This document shows positions 9,298 to 17,398 of a stretch of 24,000 nucleotides of DNA, piece by piece. Numbering within the stretch: position 1 is the first letter of the stretch; the number at the start of each line of letters is the position of its first letter. Source of the DNA: Paenibacillus sp. Lineage in GTDB: Bacteria > Bacillota > Bacilli > Paenibacillales > Paenibacillaceae. The notes under the pieces are model-generated. The model saw only the letters and a program-made list of their open reading frames with translations. It was not told the origin of the DNA and searched no databases. Made by a program: the position numbers and the translations under genes. The stretch lies in NCBI RefSeq assembly GCF_031254035.1, contig NZ_JAIRVF010000123.1. One strand, given 5' to 3'.

Positions 9298-10725
9298 TTA
9301 TTCTAAACCTTCCTCATACGCTTTCTTATCTTTTGCTCGAGCAAACTGGATAAGTGGGATTGCGAGCATAAAGAGCACGACAATAACAATGCCCCAAATA
9401 TGGCAATACTTAAGCAACATCGCTACAGGTGTCCAGAAGATTTCAAAGTCAATGTTTCCGTGCCAGCCTCCGAATTTATATAGACCGACAAGCATCACTG
9501 CAAAAGCACTGATCGACACTTGCAAGATCCCTGAGACGAAGGAGCATATCATCGCCGCTCTTGTTCCCCCACGTTTGTTTGCAAACACAGCAATGGTCGC
9601 ATTATCGAAGAAGACAGGAACGAATCCGGTAATAATCAGCACGGGTGCCTTGAACAAGACCATACCTAGAATGACGATAAACTGACCCAATGCTCCAAAA
9701 ATAAAACCAAACAAAATTGCATTGGGTGGTGCAAAACTATATACAGCTGCGCAATCTACAGCAGGAAGCGCTCCCGGCAAAATGCGATTGGAAATCCCTT
9801 GGAATGAGTTCGTCAGTTCTGCGACAAACATTCGCACACCTTGCATCAGGATGGCGAGGTACACCGAAAAGTAAAGAGCTTCTGACAAAATATATGTGCC
9901 GAAAGATAATGTCTCTGGGAACTTTGCCGGATTCATTGCGCGAAGGTAGTCATCGCCCAAAATCACCATAATGGACCCGAAGAATAGGAGCATCAGCGTA
10001 CTTGTCGCCACAATGTTATCGTGGAATATTGACAACCACTTGGGCAATCGGATATTTTCCAAGTTCTTTTTAGGGTCTCCCAACTTCCCTGCGAATTTAT
10101 CCGTTAACCAGACCGCAAACATTTGCTGATGTCCGATCGCAAAACCAGCATTACCTGTCAATCGCTGAGTGGGACCTACCGTCAAATTAGAAGAAACCAT
10201 CCAGTAAAGACCTACCAATACACCTACAATAGCAGCACCAATCATATTCTGATATTCAGGGAACAGAAAGAAAATAATCCACGTAACCGTTGTTGCTTGC
10301 TGCACCATAATGTGTCCGGTAATGAACAAAGTTCTTATTTTCGTAAATTTCCGCAGTAAGACTAACACAATATTCAGTATGAATCCGATAAGCAATGAAA
10401 TCATTGTCCAGGAAGTCGTTAGACCAACAGAATCCAAAGCTGCGTTTACAGCGTTTAATCCAAAATAGGGGTCAATAATCGCCGCCTCTAACTTGAAGCG
10501 ATCATTAAGGCCTGCCAAAATAGGACGGAAAGTGGTGACTAGACCAGCAGCCCCAACATTCAGGATCATATAGCCGACAACTGCCTTGACAAATCCAGCA
10601 AAGCATTCATAAAAAGGTTTTTTGAGCAAGATATAACCTAGAAGAACAATAAGTCCAACAAAAAATTCCGGTCTCGTCAAAATATTGTTCGCAAACCAAC
10701 TAAACAAATTGAGTAAAGTATCCAT
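9298..10725 (-). CDS. ulaA: PTS ascorbate-type EIIC permease
   Basis: 475-aa polytopic membrane protein (VGYMILNVGAAGLVTTFRPIL, ALPAVDCAAVYSFAPPNAILFGF) in a ula gene context. Confidence 0.92.
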   Translation of the reverse strand: MDTLLNLFSWFANNILTRPEFFVGLIVLLGYILLKKPFYECFAGFVKAVVGYMILNVGAAGLVTTFRPILAGLNDRFKLEAAIIDPYFGLNAVNAALDSVGLTTSWTMISLLIGFILNIVLVLLRKFTKIRTLFITGHIMVQQATTVTWIIFFLFPEYQNMIGAAIVGVLVGLYWMVSSNLTVGPTQRLTGNAGFAIGHQQMFAVWLTDKFAGKLGDPKKNLENIRLPKWLSIFHDNIVATSTLMLLFFGSIMVILGDDYLRAMNPAKFPETLSFGTYILSEALYFSVYLAILMQGVRMFVAELTNSFQGISNRILPGALPAVDCAAVYSFAPPNAILFGFIFGALGQFIVILGMVLFKAPVLIITGFVPVFFDNATIAVFANKRGGTRAAMICSFVSGILQVSISAFAVMLVGLYKFGGWHGNIDFEIFWTPVAMLLKYCHIWGIVIVVLFMLAIPLIQFARAKDKKAYEEGLE

Positions 10726-10787
10726 TCATCACTCACCTCTTAATTTTCTCGCTGACAAATAAAACGGTTACATTTATCTAGCTAATA

Positions 10788-10829
10788 CTCAATTCAGACT
10801 TACAATTATGACGATAAGTCTGAATTGAG
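10788..10829 (-). promoter_or_regulatory. Perfect intercistronic inverted repeat between ulaG and ulaA
   Basis: 15-bp perfect arms CTCAATTCAGACTTA (10788-10802) / TAAGTCTGAATTGAG (10815-10829), 12-nt loop, no downstream U-tract on the operon strand. Confidence 0.75.
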
Positions 10830-10839
10830 AGGTTAATGA

Positions 10840-11904
10840 TTATAAGAATGACTTAAAGGGCATATCTGGTTCAATGGTGAAAACATCGTTAAAGCCTCTT
10901 GGATAATGATATTCGAGTTTGTCTTTATCATTTGGATAAACAAACTTCCCGCCTACTTGCCACGTATATGGTTTGAACTGATAGTTCAAGCGGTCTTTTT
11001 TCGATTCCCAAAGCAATTGCAATTCTTTCGGGTCTGCTTGGAAATTGGACCAAATATCATAATGGACGGGAATGACTACGTTAGCTTTCAGTGCCTCAGC
11101 CATCCGCAGCATATCAACAGAAGTGATTTTATCTGTGATGCCACGAGGATTCTCACCATATGCACCCAGACAAACATCAATCTGATGCTCGTTTCCATGT
11201 TTTGCGAAGTAATTGGAGTAATGTGAATCCCCTGCGTGATACAAACTACCACCTGAAGTTTTGAACAAGTAATTGACGGCTACTTCATCCATCTCCATCG
11301 GCATCTTACCTTTTAAAGTCACGTTCTGTGGTACAGTCACCAAGGCTGTACGATCAAACGCTTCCAAGACAACGATTTCAACATCCTTTATTTTGATGAC
11401 ATCTCCTGGTTTTACTACGATGCAGCGTTCTTCGGGCACGCCCCAGCTCGTCCAGAGATCAACGCAAGCTTGCGGGCCAATAAAGGGAACAGTTGACGCA
11501 CAATTTTGCAAAACGGCCGCAGCAGTATTGATATCAATATGATCCGAGTGAAAATGAGTAACGATCAGAGCATCCAGATTCTTGATCGCAAAAGGATCGA
11601 TGACAAAAGGGGCTGTCCGTAAATTGGGTTGCAACTCCTTACAGCCACTCATCCGTTGCATTTGATGACCGTCTTTCATCCATTTATTTTTACGCGTTTG
11701 CTTTCCCGTTCCACACCAGAGATCAACCAGCAGGTTGGCATCTCCTTCGGATTTAAGATAAATTCCCGTACAACCCAACCACCACATCGCAAACGTATTT
11801 TTCTCAACAACCGTTTCGTCTATTTCCTCATTCAACCACGTGCCCCATTCTGGAAATGTACTTAAAATCCACTTTTCTCGTGTAATATCATTGATATTTG
11901 CCAT
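10840..11904 (-). CDS. ulaG: L-ascorbate-6-phosphate lactonase
   Basis: 354 aa from [28 protein letters not shown]. Metallo-beta-lactamase-fold motif [10 protein letters not shown]. The ORF track extends to 12099, but the extension crosses the promoter. Confidence 0.93.
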   Translation of the reverse strand: MANINDITREKWILSTFPEWGTWLNEEIDETVVEKNTFAMWWLGCTGIYLKSEGDANLLVDLWCGTGKQTRKNKWMKDGHQMQRMSGCKELQPNLRTAPFVIDPFAIKNLDALIVTHFHSDHIDINTAAAVLQNCASTVPFIGPQACVDLWTSWGVPEERCIVVKPGDVIKIKDVEIVVLEAFDRTALVTVPQNVTLKGKMPMEMDEVAVNYLFKTSGGSLYHAGDSHYSNYFAKHGNEHQIDVCLGAYGENPRGITDKITSVDMLRMAEALKANVVIPVHYDIWSNFQADPKELQLLWESKKDRLNYQFKPYTWQVGGKFVYPNDKDKLEYHYPRGFNDVFTIEPDMPFKSFL

Positions 11905-11936
11905 TTTAAATTTCCCTCGTTTCGGTAAATGGTTTT

Positions 11937-11960
11937 TAAAAAGAAAACGTTTTCTTTTTA
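11937..11960 (-). promoter_or_regulatory. Catabolite-responsive (cre)-like element, 24-bp perfect palindrome
   Basis: TAAAAAGAAAACGTTTTCTTTTTA with a GAAAACGTTTTC core. It lies 7 nt downstream of the putative -10. Confidence 0.7.
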
Positions 11961-11967
11961 TGATTAA

Positions 11968-11996
11968 ATTATAACCAGGTCGTTGACTGTGAAAAA
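11968..11996 (-). promoter_or_regulatory. Putative promoter of the ula operon
   Basis: Minus-strand perfect TATAAT (complement of 11968-11973). The -35 is weak, as expected for an activator-dependent promoter. Confidence 0.5.
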
Positions 11997-12387
11997 GTCT
12001 AACCTGCACACAAGCGAGCTGTACATGGGTGCACTGAAAAACTTGCCAGAAAAAACGCCTCGTTGCTTTAAGGGAAATATAGATTTGTTCTATTATCATA
12101 GAATCAATAAAGAATTAATTCTATATCATTCTTCTGTTTCTCCTAAGTAAATATCGGTAAATATTCATCTTATTGGGGTATACTTTCGCAGAACAGAAAT
12201 CACCTTGAAAACTTATCGTTGTAGGGAAAATCGGATTGCGCTTATTTTTCCCGTTTTAATGTTAGATAGATTGACATTCGTAATCCCCACTTTTTCCGCC
12301 AGATATTTTCCAGGTCTACCATCACACGATCGAATTCATCAAAAAATAAAAATTGTTAAAACAATGAAAAGACCGCTTGATTATCCC

Positions 12388-12427
12388 TTGACATTGATGT
12401 ATTTTTGAAACATACGCTACCGTATGT
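12388..12427 (+). promoter_or_regulatory. tetR promoter -35 (TTGACA 12388-12393) with overlapping operator ACATACGCTACCGTATGT (12410-12427)
   Basis: 7-bp perfect arms ACATACG/CGTATGT around CTAC, at the expected -10 position. Confidence 0.65.
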
Positions 12428-12436
12428 CGGAGGTGA

Positions 12437-12964
12437 ATGATGCAGCTCTCAAGAGAAGATTGGATTAAAGCCGGGTTACGCAAACTAGCGCATTCCGGAA
12501 TCGATGCCGTTCGCGTTGAAGTGCTTGCGCGGGAACTGAAAATAAGCAAAGGAAGCTTTTATCATCATTTTCAGGATCGAAGCGATCTTCTGGAATCGAT
12601 GATCGATTATTGGGAGGAGTACGCAACTCGGAATATCATTGATGAATTAGAAGTGCAGAGCTCCCCCTCACTAGAACGCATATTGAAAGTTAGCTTTGCC
12701 CCAAATGAAGAAAACAAACAAATTGAATTCGCCATTTACGCATGGGCCAAACGATCTCCCGAGCTTTCGATCCGCATTGCCGAGATTGAAAATCAAAGGA
12801 TAAGTTATGTCGCGAAATTATATGAGCAACGAGGTTTGAAGCCTTCGGCTGCACTCTCTCGGGCAAAGCTGGCCTACCTGGTTTATTTAGGATGGATGAC
12901 CCGATTTGAAGCCAAGGCTGATTTTGATATGGAGAGTACATTAAATATTTTGCTTAATGCATGA
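12437..12964 (+). CDS. TetR/AcrR-family transcriptional regulator
   Basis: N-terminal HTH: GLRKLAHSGIDAVRVEVLARELKISKGSFYHHFQDRSDLLESMIDYW; SD GGAGGTGA. Confidence 0.92.
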   Translation: MMQLSREDWIKAGLRKLAHSGIDAVRVEVLARELKISKGSFYHHFQDRSDLLESMIDYWEEYATRNIIDELEVQSSPSLERILKVSFAPNEENKQIEFAIYAWAKRSPELSIRIAEIENQRISYVAKLYEQRGLKPSAALSRAKLAYLVYLGWMTRFEAKADFDMESTLNILLNA

Positions 12965-13021
12965 TCTGCTACTTTGCATCCCTAATATGGCATAGGTCAT
13001 ATTAGGGATAAAAATTAATAT

Positions 13022-13043
13022 AAACATACGCTTCCGTATGTTT
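13022..13043 (+). promoter_or_regulatory. Second copy of the TetR operator
   Basis: AAACATACG-CTTC-CGTATGTTT, 9-bp perfect arms. The 18-bp core matches the 12410-12427 site at 17/18 positions. Confidence 0.7.
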
Positions 13044-13060
13044 CGAGGAGGAAGACCCTT

Positions 13061-13483
13061 ATGGAATTCTGGATGACTTTCGTTTCAGTCTGCATTTTAT
13101 GCTTCATCAGCATGCTGCATATGTACTGGGCGTGTGGAGGGCGCTGGGGAACCGAAGCTGTTATCCCCCGCAAAAAAGGAGAAAGCCAGCCTACATTCGT
13201 TCCAGGCAAGTCGGGAACTTTGCTGGTGGCATTCCTTCTTCTTATGGCTTGCTTTCTCCTTGTTATTCAAGTCGGGTTCCTGCCTTCTATGAAAGCAAGT
13301 GCGATCTCCCGCTGGGGCTGCATCGTTTGCACAGCTGTTTTTTTGCTGCGAAGTATCGGCGATTTCAAGTACGTCGGCTTTTTCAAAAAAGTAAAACATT
13401 CCACTTTTGCAACCTATGATACATTCTTGTACAGCCCACTCTGCTTGTATCTTGGAATCAACTATATTCTATTATTGTTATAA
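13061..13483 (+). CDS. DUF3995-like small integral membrane protein
   Basis: 140 aa with four predicted TM segments; FISMLHMYWACGGRWGTEAVIP ... SIGDFKYVGFFKKVKHSTFATYDTFLYSPLCLYLG. Confidence 0.8.
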   Translation: MEFWMTFVSVCILCFISMLHMYWACGGRWGTEAVIPRKKGESQPTFVPGKSGTLLVAFLLLMACFLLVIQVGFLPSMKASAISRWGCIVCTAVFLLRSIGDFKYVGFFKKVKHSTFATYDTFLYSPLCLYLGINYILLLL

Positions 13484-13995
13484 GTAAAGTTTTGACAGCA
13501 TCGGTCAATATTAAAAACCAAAGAACCTCTGGATAACCCAAGATATCCTTGGGGAAGCAGAGGTTCTTTTCGTTTATAAAAAATCATCACTTCAATTCTG
13601 AACCGACCATGCGCAAACTGCCGAGCTTCATCCATATCGAGAGGTGCCGATGGCCGATCTTTGCTATACAGATAACCATCCAAGTCAATAGCGGCTTTGA
13701 AATCCGCATCTTCATACAGAACATTAACCGCGGTGGCTCCGCCTTGGGAATGGCCGATAATCCCGAGCTTCGAAAAATCGATTTTGCTGGCAACGGGACT
13801 GTCTGAGCCCTCTGAGCCTATTTTCTTCATTTGTGCCAACGCGAATCGGATGTCTTGCGTCTGTTCATCGATAATAGGGGTGGTAACCTCATTTTCCGCT
13901 TGATAACCCATTTCCGAAAGAGAGGTAGCGCCCTCATAACCTTCATACGAACTATCCGGATAGGCTGACATCAACGCCGTGCCCGGATGCTCCAC
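13462..13995 (-). pseudogene. Truncated PAF-acetylhydrolase-II-like alpha/beta hydrolase
   Basis: The nucleophile elbow GIIGHSQGG is present, but the frame has a stop just upstream of the VEHPGTALMSAYPDSSYEGY segment. The C-terminus after DLDGYLYSKDRPSAPLD degenerates and reads through the terminator hairpin. Confidence 0.6.
13520..13569. terminator. Bidirectional terminator between convergent genes
   Basis: 12-bp stem AAAGAACCTCTG / CAGAGGTTCTTT with a nested CCCAAG/CTTGGG hairpin and flanking A/T runs. Confidence 0.65.
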
Positions 13996-14251
13996 CGCTA
14001 CACTAAAGTATTATGTAAAATTTTTTGGCACTACTAACGATAAATTGCATTCAATCCTCCCGCATACCATATTAAACAATCTCCATCCCTCCTTCTTTAC
14101 TTAAGTTCTCCGGGATAGTCAGTTCCTGCACTCTCTCTGTGGCTTCGATAGATATCTCTCAATCAATATTCGTAGTCCAATTATATGGTTAACCATACTT
14201 AATTATTAAGATATATACTCCCTTTTGCCAATGAAAGGGTAAACACACAGA

Positions 14252-14289
14252 AACAACCCGACCGGAGCTCGAACTCCAATCGGGTTGTT
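14252..14289 (-). terminator. Terminator downstream of the Tet(M)-like gene
   Basis: Perfect arms AACAACCCGA (14252-14261) / TCGGGTTGTT (14280-14289) with an inner GGAG/CTCC. Confidence 0.6.
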
Positions 14290-14320
14290 GTCAATGTCAC
14301 AATCCATTATTCTGCATAGC

Positions 14321-16303
14321 TTAAAATGCACGCATCACATGCATCAAATATTCGTTTCGCTGCAGCGGATTATAATCGGTCCGCGGTCTAGTCGGAACAT
14401 CACTATGGACCTGGATGAATCCAGCCGGCTCCGTCATCATAAAACCTTCGCCTTGAGTAAAGGCGTGCAGGCTTCTTTTGAAGCTTTCTGTCATGCTGAC
14501 GGGAATGGTGCCCGAAATATGAGCCATGCCGTGTTCCACATCCGTTTCGCTTATTATCGCCTGGATGGCGGATAATTTGAAAACCGCTTTGCTCATTGCC
14601 TCTTTAGGTACCGTCAGTACATAGCTGTAAATCGGTTCATACACTTCCGTACCCGCCTGCACCAGCGCTTCCATGAACACAAGCGGAACAAGCTTCCGAA
14701 AATCGCCTGCGGTTGTCACTGGGCTCGCATATCCGGTGTGGGTCAATGTGACAATGATATCGGTGACTTCCCATCCAAACAAACCTTGCAAAAGCGTTAA
14801 GTGGACCGTTTCTTCAATCGCTTTATGAAAAGCCAAAGGTAGTGAACCCAGCTCGACTTCGAGCCGGTATGTGATTCCGCTTCCTGGCCCGCCGGGTTCG
14901 ATTCGAAAACCTACGGTCGCATAAAATGGATTATCGCCCTCCATGATGACTTCCAGCGCCTGCCCTACTCCCGCCGGTTTCTCCACGCAGACGGTTCGGG
15001 TCTCTGCAAACCGGACAGCCACGGAATAGGTTTCTTTCAAAGCAGATTCAATCACTTCTTTTTGCACTTCGCCGAAAATGCGGATATACAGATCCTGATG
15101 GATTTCATTTTTAACCACCTGAATTAGAGGATCTTCCTCCGACATACTAACAAGAGCCTGGTACAGGTGATGGGTTTGGCTTGGGTCCGCTGCTTCGATT
15201 TTCGTCTCCATCCGGGGCACAGCGAAGCTGAACCGCTTGATCTGATTAGATGATTCGCCGACGATATCCCCGATCCGAACATCTTCCAGCCCCCATACTT
15301 TAGCCAAATCACCGGCACCAATCTTGGCAGCGGGAACGGATTTTCCGTTCATCAAAGCATGGAGCTTTTTGATTTTGCAATCATAGATTTCGTATTCACC
15401 CTGCTTGTTGTTCCGCCCGACCTTCACTTGCTCTCGCAAGGAGAGACTGCCTGAAAACAGCCTGATATAAGCTATTTTTTCCCCGCTTGCTTCTCTTTCG
15501 AGTTTAAACACAATCCCCGACAAAAACGTTTCATCCGGCTGAGTTTCATTCACCGGAAACCATCGGGTTATGCCTGCAAGCAAGTCCGCAACACCTACCC
15601 CGGTCACGGCCGATCCAAAATATACCGGATGCGCATTCACTTGCCGCACCTGATCCCTAAATGCTGCTTCGACCCGTTCTCCCGGCAGCATCTCGCCATG
15701 GATATAAGACTCGAGCAACGACTCGTCATAGGATGACAAAAGTTCGATGCATTGCTCCAAAAACGCGGAGTCCGTGTCCCAATCGAAACGTTTAAGAGAA
15801 ACAGACGCTTCTTTCAGGCCCGCATTGGTGATTTTACATAAAGAAACCACGGACGGTGCAAGCTTAGCGCGGATTTGTTCGACCGACTGCTCACTCCGAG
15901 CGCCAAGCCGATCTATTTTGTTCACGAATAAAATTGTGGGAATCCCCATTTTCCGCAGAACGGAAAACAGTATTTTCGTCTGCGCCTGCACGCCTTCCAC
16001 CGCCGAAATGACCAAAATAACGCCATCCAATACGCTAAGGGAGCGCTCCACTTCAGCGATAAAATCAGCATGGCCCGGTGTGTCGATCAAATTCACCTTG
16101 TAATCGCCCAGATTAAAAGAAACCACGGACGCCTTGATCGTGATCCCTCTTTTCCGTTCCAGATCCATGGCATCCATCTGCGTGTTCCCTTGATCCACTC
16201 TTCCGAGCTCGTCAATCACATTCGTATCGAATAAAATGCGTTCAGCCAAACTTGTCTTTCCGGCGTCTACATGCGCCAAGATCCCTATATTTATAATTTT
16301 CAT
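14321..16303 (-). CDS. Tet(M)/Otr(A)-like ribosomal protection GTPase (EF-G paralogue)
   Basis: MKIINIGILAHVDAGKTSLAERILFDTNVIDELGRVDQGNTQMDAMDLERKRGITI, DTPGHADFIAEVERSLSVLDG, ILFVNKIDRLG. The 660-aa length fits Tet-type rather than canonical EF-G. Confidence 0.85.
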   Translation of the reverse strand: MKIINIGILAHVDAGKTSLAERILFDTNVIDELGRVDQGNTQMDAMDLERKRGITIKASVVSFNLGDYKVNLIDTPGHADFIAEVERSLSVLDGVILVISAVEGVQAQTKILFSVLRKMGIPTILFVNKIDRLGARSEQSVEQIRAKLAPSVVSLCKITNAGLKEASVSLKRFDWDTDSAFLEQCIELLSSYDESLLESYIHGEMLPGERVEAAFRDQVRQVNAHPVYFGSAVTGVGVADLLAGITRWFPVNETQPDETFLSGIVFKLEREASGEKIAYIRLFSGSLSLREQVKVGRNNKQGEYEIYDCKIKKLHALMNGKSVPAAKIGAGDLAKVWGLEDVRIGDIVGESSNQIKRFSFAVPRMETKIEAADPSQTHHLYQALVSMSEEDPLIQVVKNEIHQDLYIRIFGEVQKEVIESALKETYSVAVRFAETRTVCVEKPAGVGQALEVIMEGDNPFYATVGFRIEPGGPGSGITYRLEVELGSLPLAFHKAIEETVHLTLLQGLFGWEVTDIIVTLTHTGYASPVTTAGDFRKLVPLVFMEALVQAGTEVYEPIYSYVLTVPKEAMSKAVFKLSAIQAIISETDVEHGMAHISGTIPVSMTESFKRSLHAFTQGEGFMMTEPAGFIQVHSDVPTRPRTDYNPLQRNEYLMHVMRAF

Positions 16304-16367
16304 GGATTATAATCCTCATCTCTCTATTCATATCTTTCTCCTTTCGAATGTTGTTAAATTGCCGCAT
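16242..16367 (-). CDS. Candidate short leader ORF overlapping the start of the Tet(M)-like gene (+1 frame)
   Basis: ATG at 16367 (GGAG upstream) reads MRQFNNIRKEKDMNREMRIIIHENYKYRDLGACRRRKDKFG*. The internal ATG at 16331 has the best SD of the leader (AAAGGAG, 6-nt spacing). Confidence 0.35.
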   Translation of the reverse strand: MRQFNNIRKEKDMNREMRIIIHENYKYRDLGACRRRKDKFG

Positions 16368-16398
16368 GCCAATCACTCCAATCTAATGTATTACCCCC

Positions 16399-16427
16399 AG
16401 TATATGGGGATTGATGTTTTGTTTCAA
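16399..16427 (-). promoter_or_regulatory. Sigma-A-type promoter of the Tet(M)-like gene
   Basis: Minus-strand TTGAAA (16422-16427), 17 nt, TATACT (16399-16404). The -10 lies inside CCCCAGTATATGGGG (16395-16409). A 9-bp inverted repeat GCTATAAGC/GCTTATAGC (16436-16444/16458-16466) lies just upstream of the -35. Confidence 0.6.
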
Positions 16428-16471
16428 CAAATAGCGCTATAAGCTCGGACAAGGACTGCTTATAGCACAAA

Positions 16472-16512
16472 AAAACCTTCAATTCCATCTCAAAGATGGT
16501 TTTGAAGGTTTT
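16472..16512 (-). terminator. Terminator of the DJ-1/PfpI-family gene
   Basis: AAAACCTTCAA (16472-16482) / TTGAAGGTTTT (16502-16512) with nested CCATCT/AGATGG; U-tract on the minus strand. Confidence 0.75.
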
Positions 16513-16535
16513 ATATGATTGAAGGTATTAACTGT

Positions 16536-17150
16536 TCACTTTCCGGTATAATCCAAGTCAATGTCGTATTCCATCATCCGTGCCGTTTCCTTCGCTACCT
16601 CTTTACCGAGCAGGCGGACGACCATATGAAAAGCCATGTGGATACCTGCCGAAATTCCCGCTGATGACACAATCCGGTCTTCATCGACGAATTTAACGCC
16701 TTCCTCGACCTTAACCGCAGGGTATGTATCCCGCATCCTCTCGATACTGGCCCAATGGGTCGTCGCGTGTTTACCATCAAGTAGTCCTGCTTCCGCCAGC
16801 AAGAACGCTCCGGTACAAACCGATGTCATCCACTGTACCTCATGGAAACGATTGCCGATCCAGTCGATAACCGTTTTATTTTTCACTAGACTCCTTGTGC
16901 CCATGCCGCCCGGAATAACCAGCAAATCAAAAGCAGGTGCTGACTCGAAGTTATAATCCGGCATCACTTTCAAACCGTTGCAGGCTGTAACCATTCGGCC
17001 ATCCCCTGAAATGGTGGTTACTTCAAATGGACTGTATGTTTCCCCTTGTTCCTGCTTCGCAGTTGTCACTGCAAATACTTCAAACGGGCCGGCAAAATCG
17101 AGCACCTCTACATCGTCAAATAGTAGGATACCCACTTTCCATTTGTTCAT
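16536..17150 (-). CDS. DJ-1/PfpI family protein (GATase1-like, isonitrile-hydratase-like)
   Basis: MNKWKVGILLFDDVEVLDFAGPFEVFAV, FDLLVIPGGMGTR, SVCTGAFLLAEAGLLDGKHATTHW; SD AGGAG before ATG at 17150. Confidence 0.85.
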   Translation of the reverse strand: MNKWKVGILLFDDVEVLDFAGPFEVFAVTTAKQEQGETYSPFEVTTISGDGRMVTACNGLKVMPDYNFESAPAFDLLVIPGGMGTRSLVKNKTVIDWIGNRFHEVQWMTSVCTGAFLLAEAGLLDGKHATTHWASIERMRDTYPAVKVEEGVKFVDEDRIVSSAGISAGIHMAFHMVVRLLGKEVAKETARMMEYDIDLDYTGK

Positions 17151-17317
17151 CTTTACTCCTCCTATCCCCATTTCGGGCATTTGGCAATCTCAGAGTACTT
17201 ATTGCAGCACATATCTTGTCTTAATCATAATAACAGAGCAGCAAGGAATTTAAATGACCAAGAAGTGCTACAAAATGACCAAATCATAAAAACGTCATAT
17301 TGATGTGCTTTCGGGAA

Positions 17318-17379
17318 TTAGACATGATATTGACCATTTTACATGATTCTGCCATAATATTAGACAATACCATGTCTAA
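17318..17379. promoter_or_regulatory. Inverted repeat operator candidate upstream of marR
   Basis: TTAGACATGATATTG (17318-17332) and CAATACCATGTCTAA (17365-17379) are reverse complements at 14/15 positions, centred 47 bp apart. Confidence 0.5.
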
Positions 17380-17398
17380 ATACAAAGGAGAACATAAC

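Noticed and set aside
10761-10777. Second cre-like site before ulaA (minus strand AAATGTAACCGTTTTAT)
   Set aside because: Misses the conserved C near the 3' side of the cre consensus and no clear promoter is adjacent; too weak to list.
11905-12099. N-terminal extension of UlaG to 12099 in the ORF track
   Set aside because: The extension crosses the TATAAT box and the cre palindrome. The start at 11904 gives 354 aa, the expected UlaG size.
12205-12408. 67-aa plus ORF and the opposite-strand fragment MVDLENIWRKKWGLRMSIYLTLKREK*
   Set aside because: The plus ORF has no SD and crosses the tetR promoter. The minus fragment looks faintly protein-like but is too short to assign.
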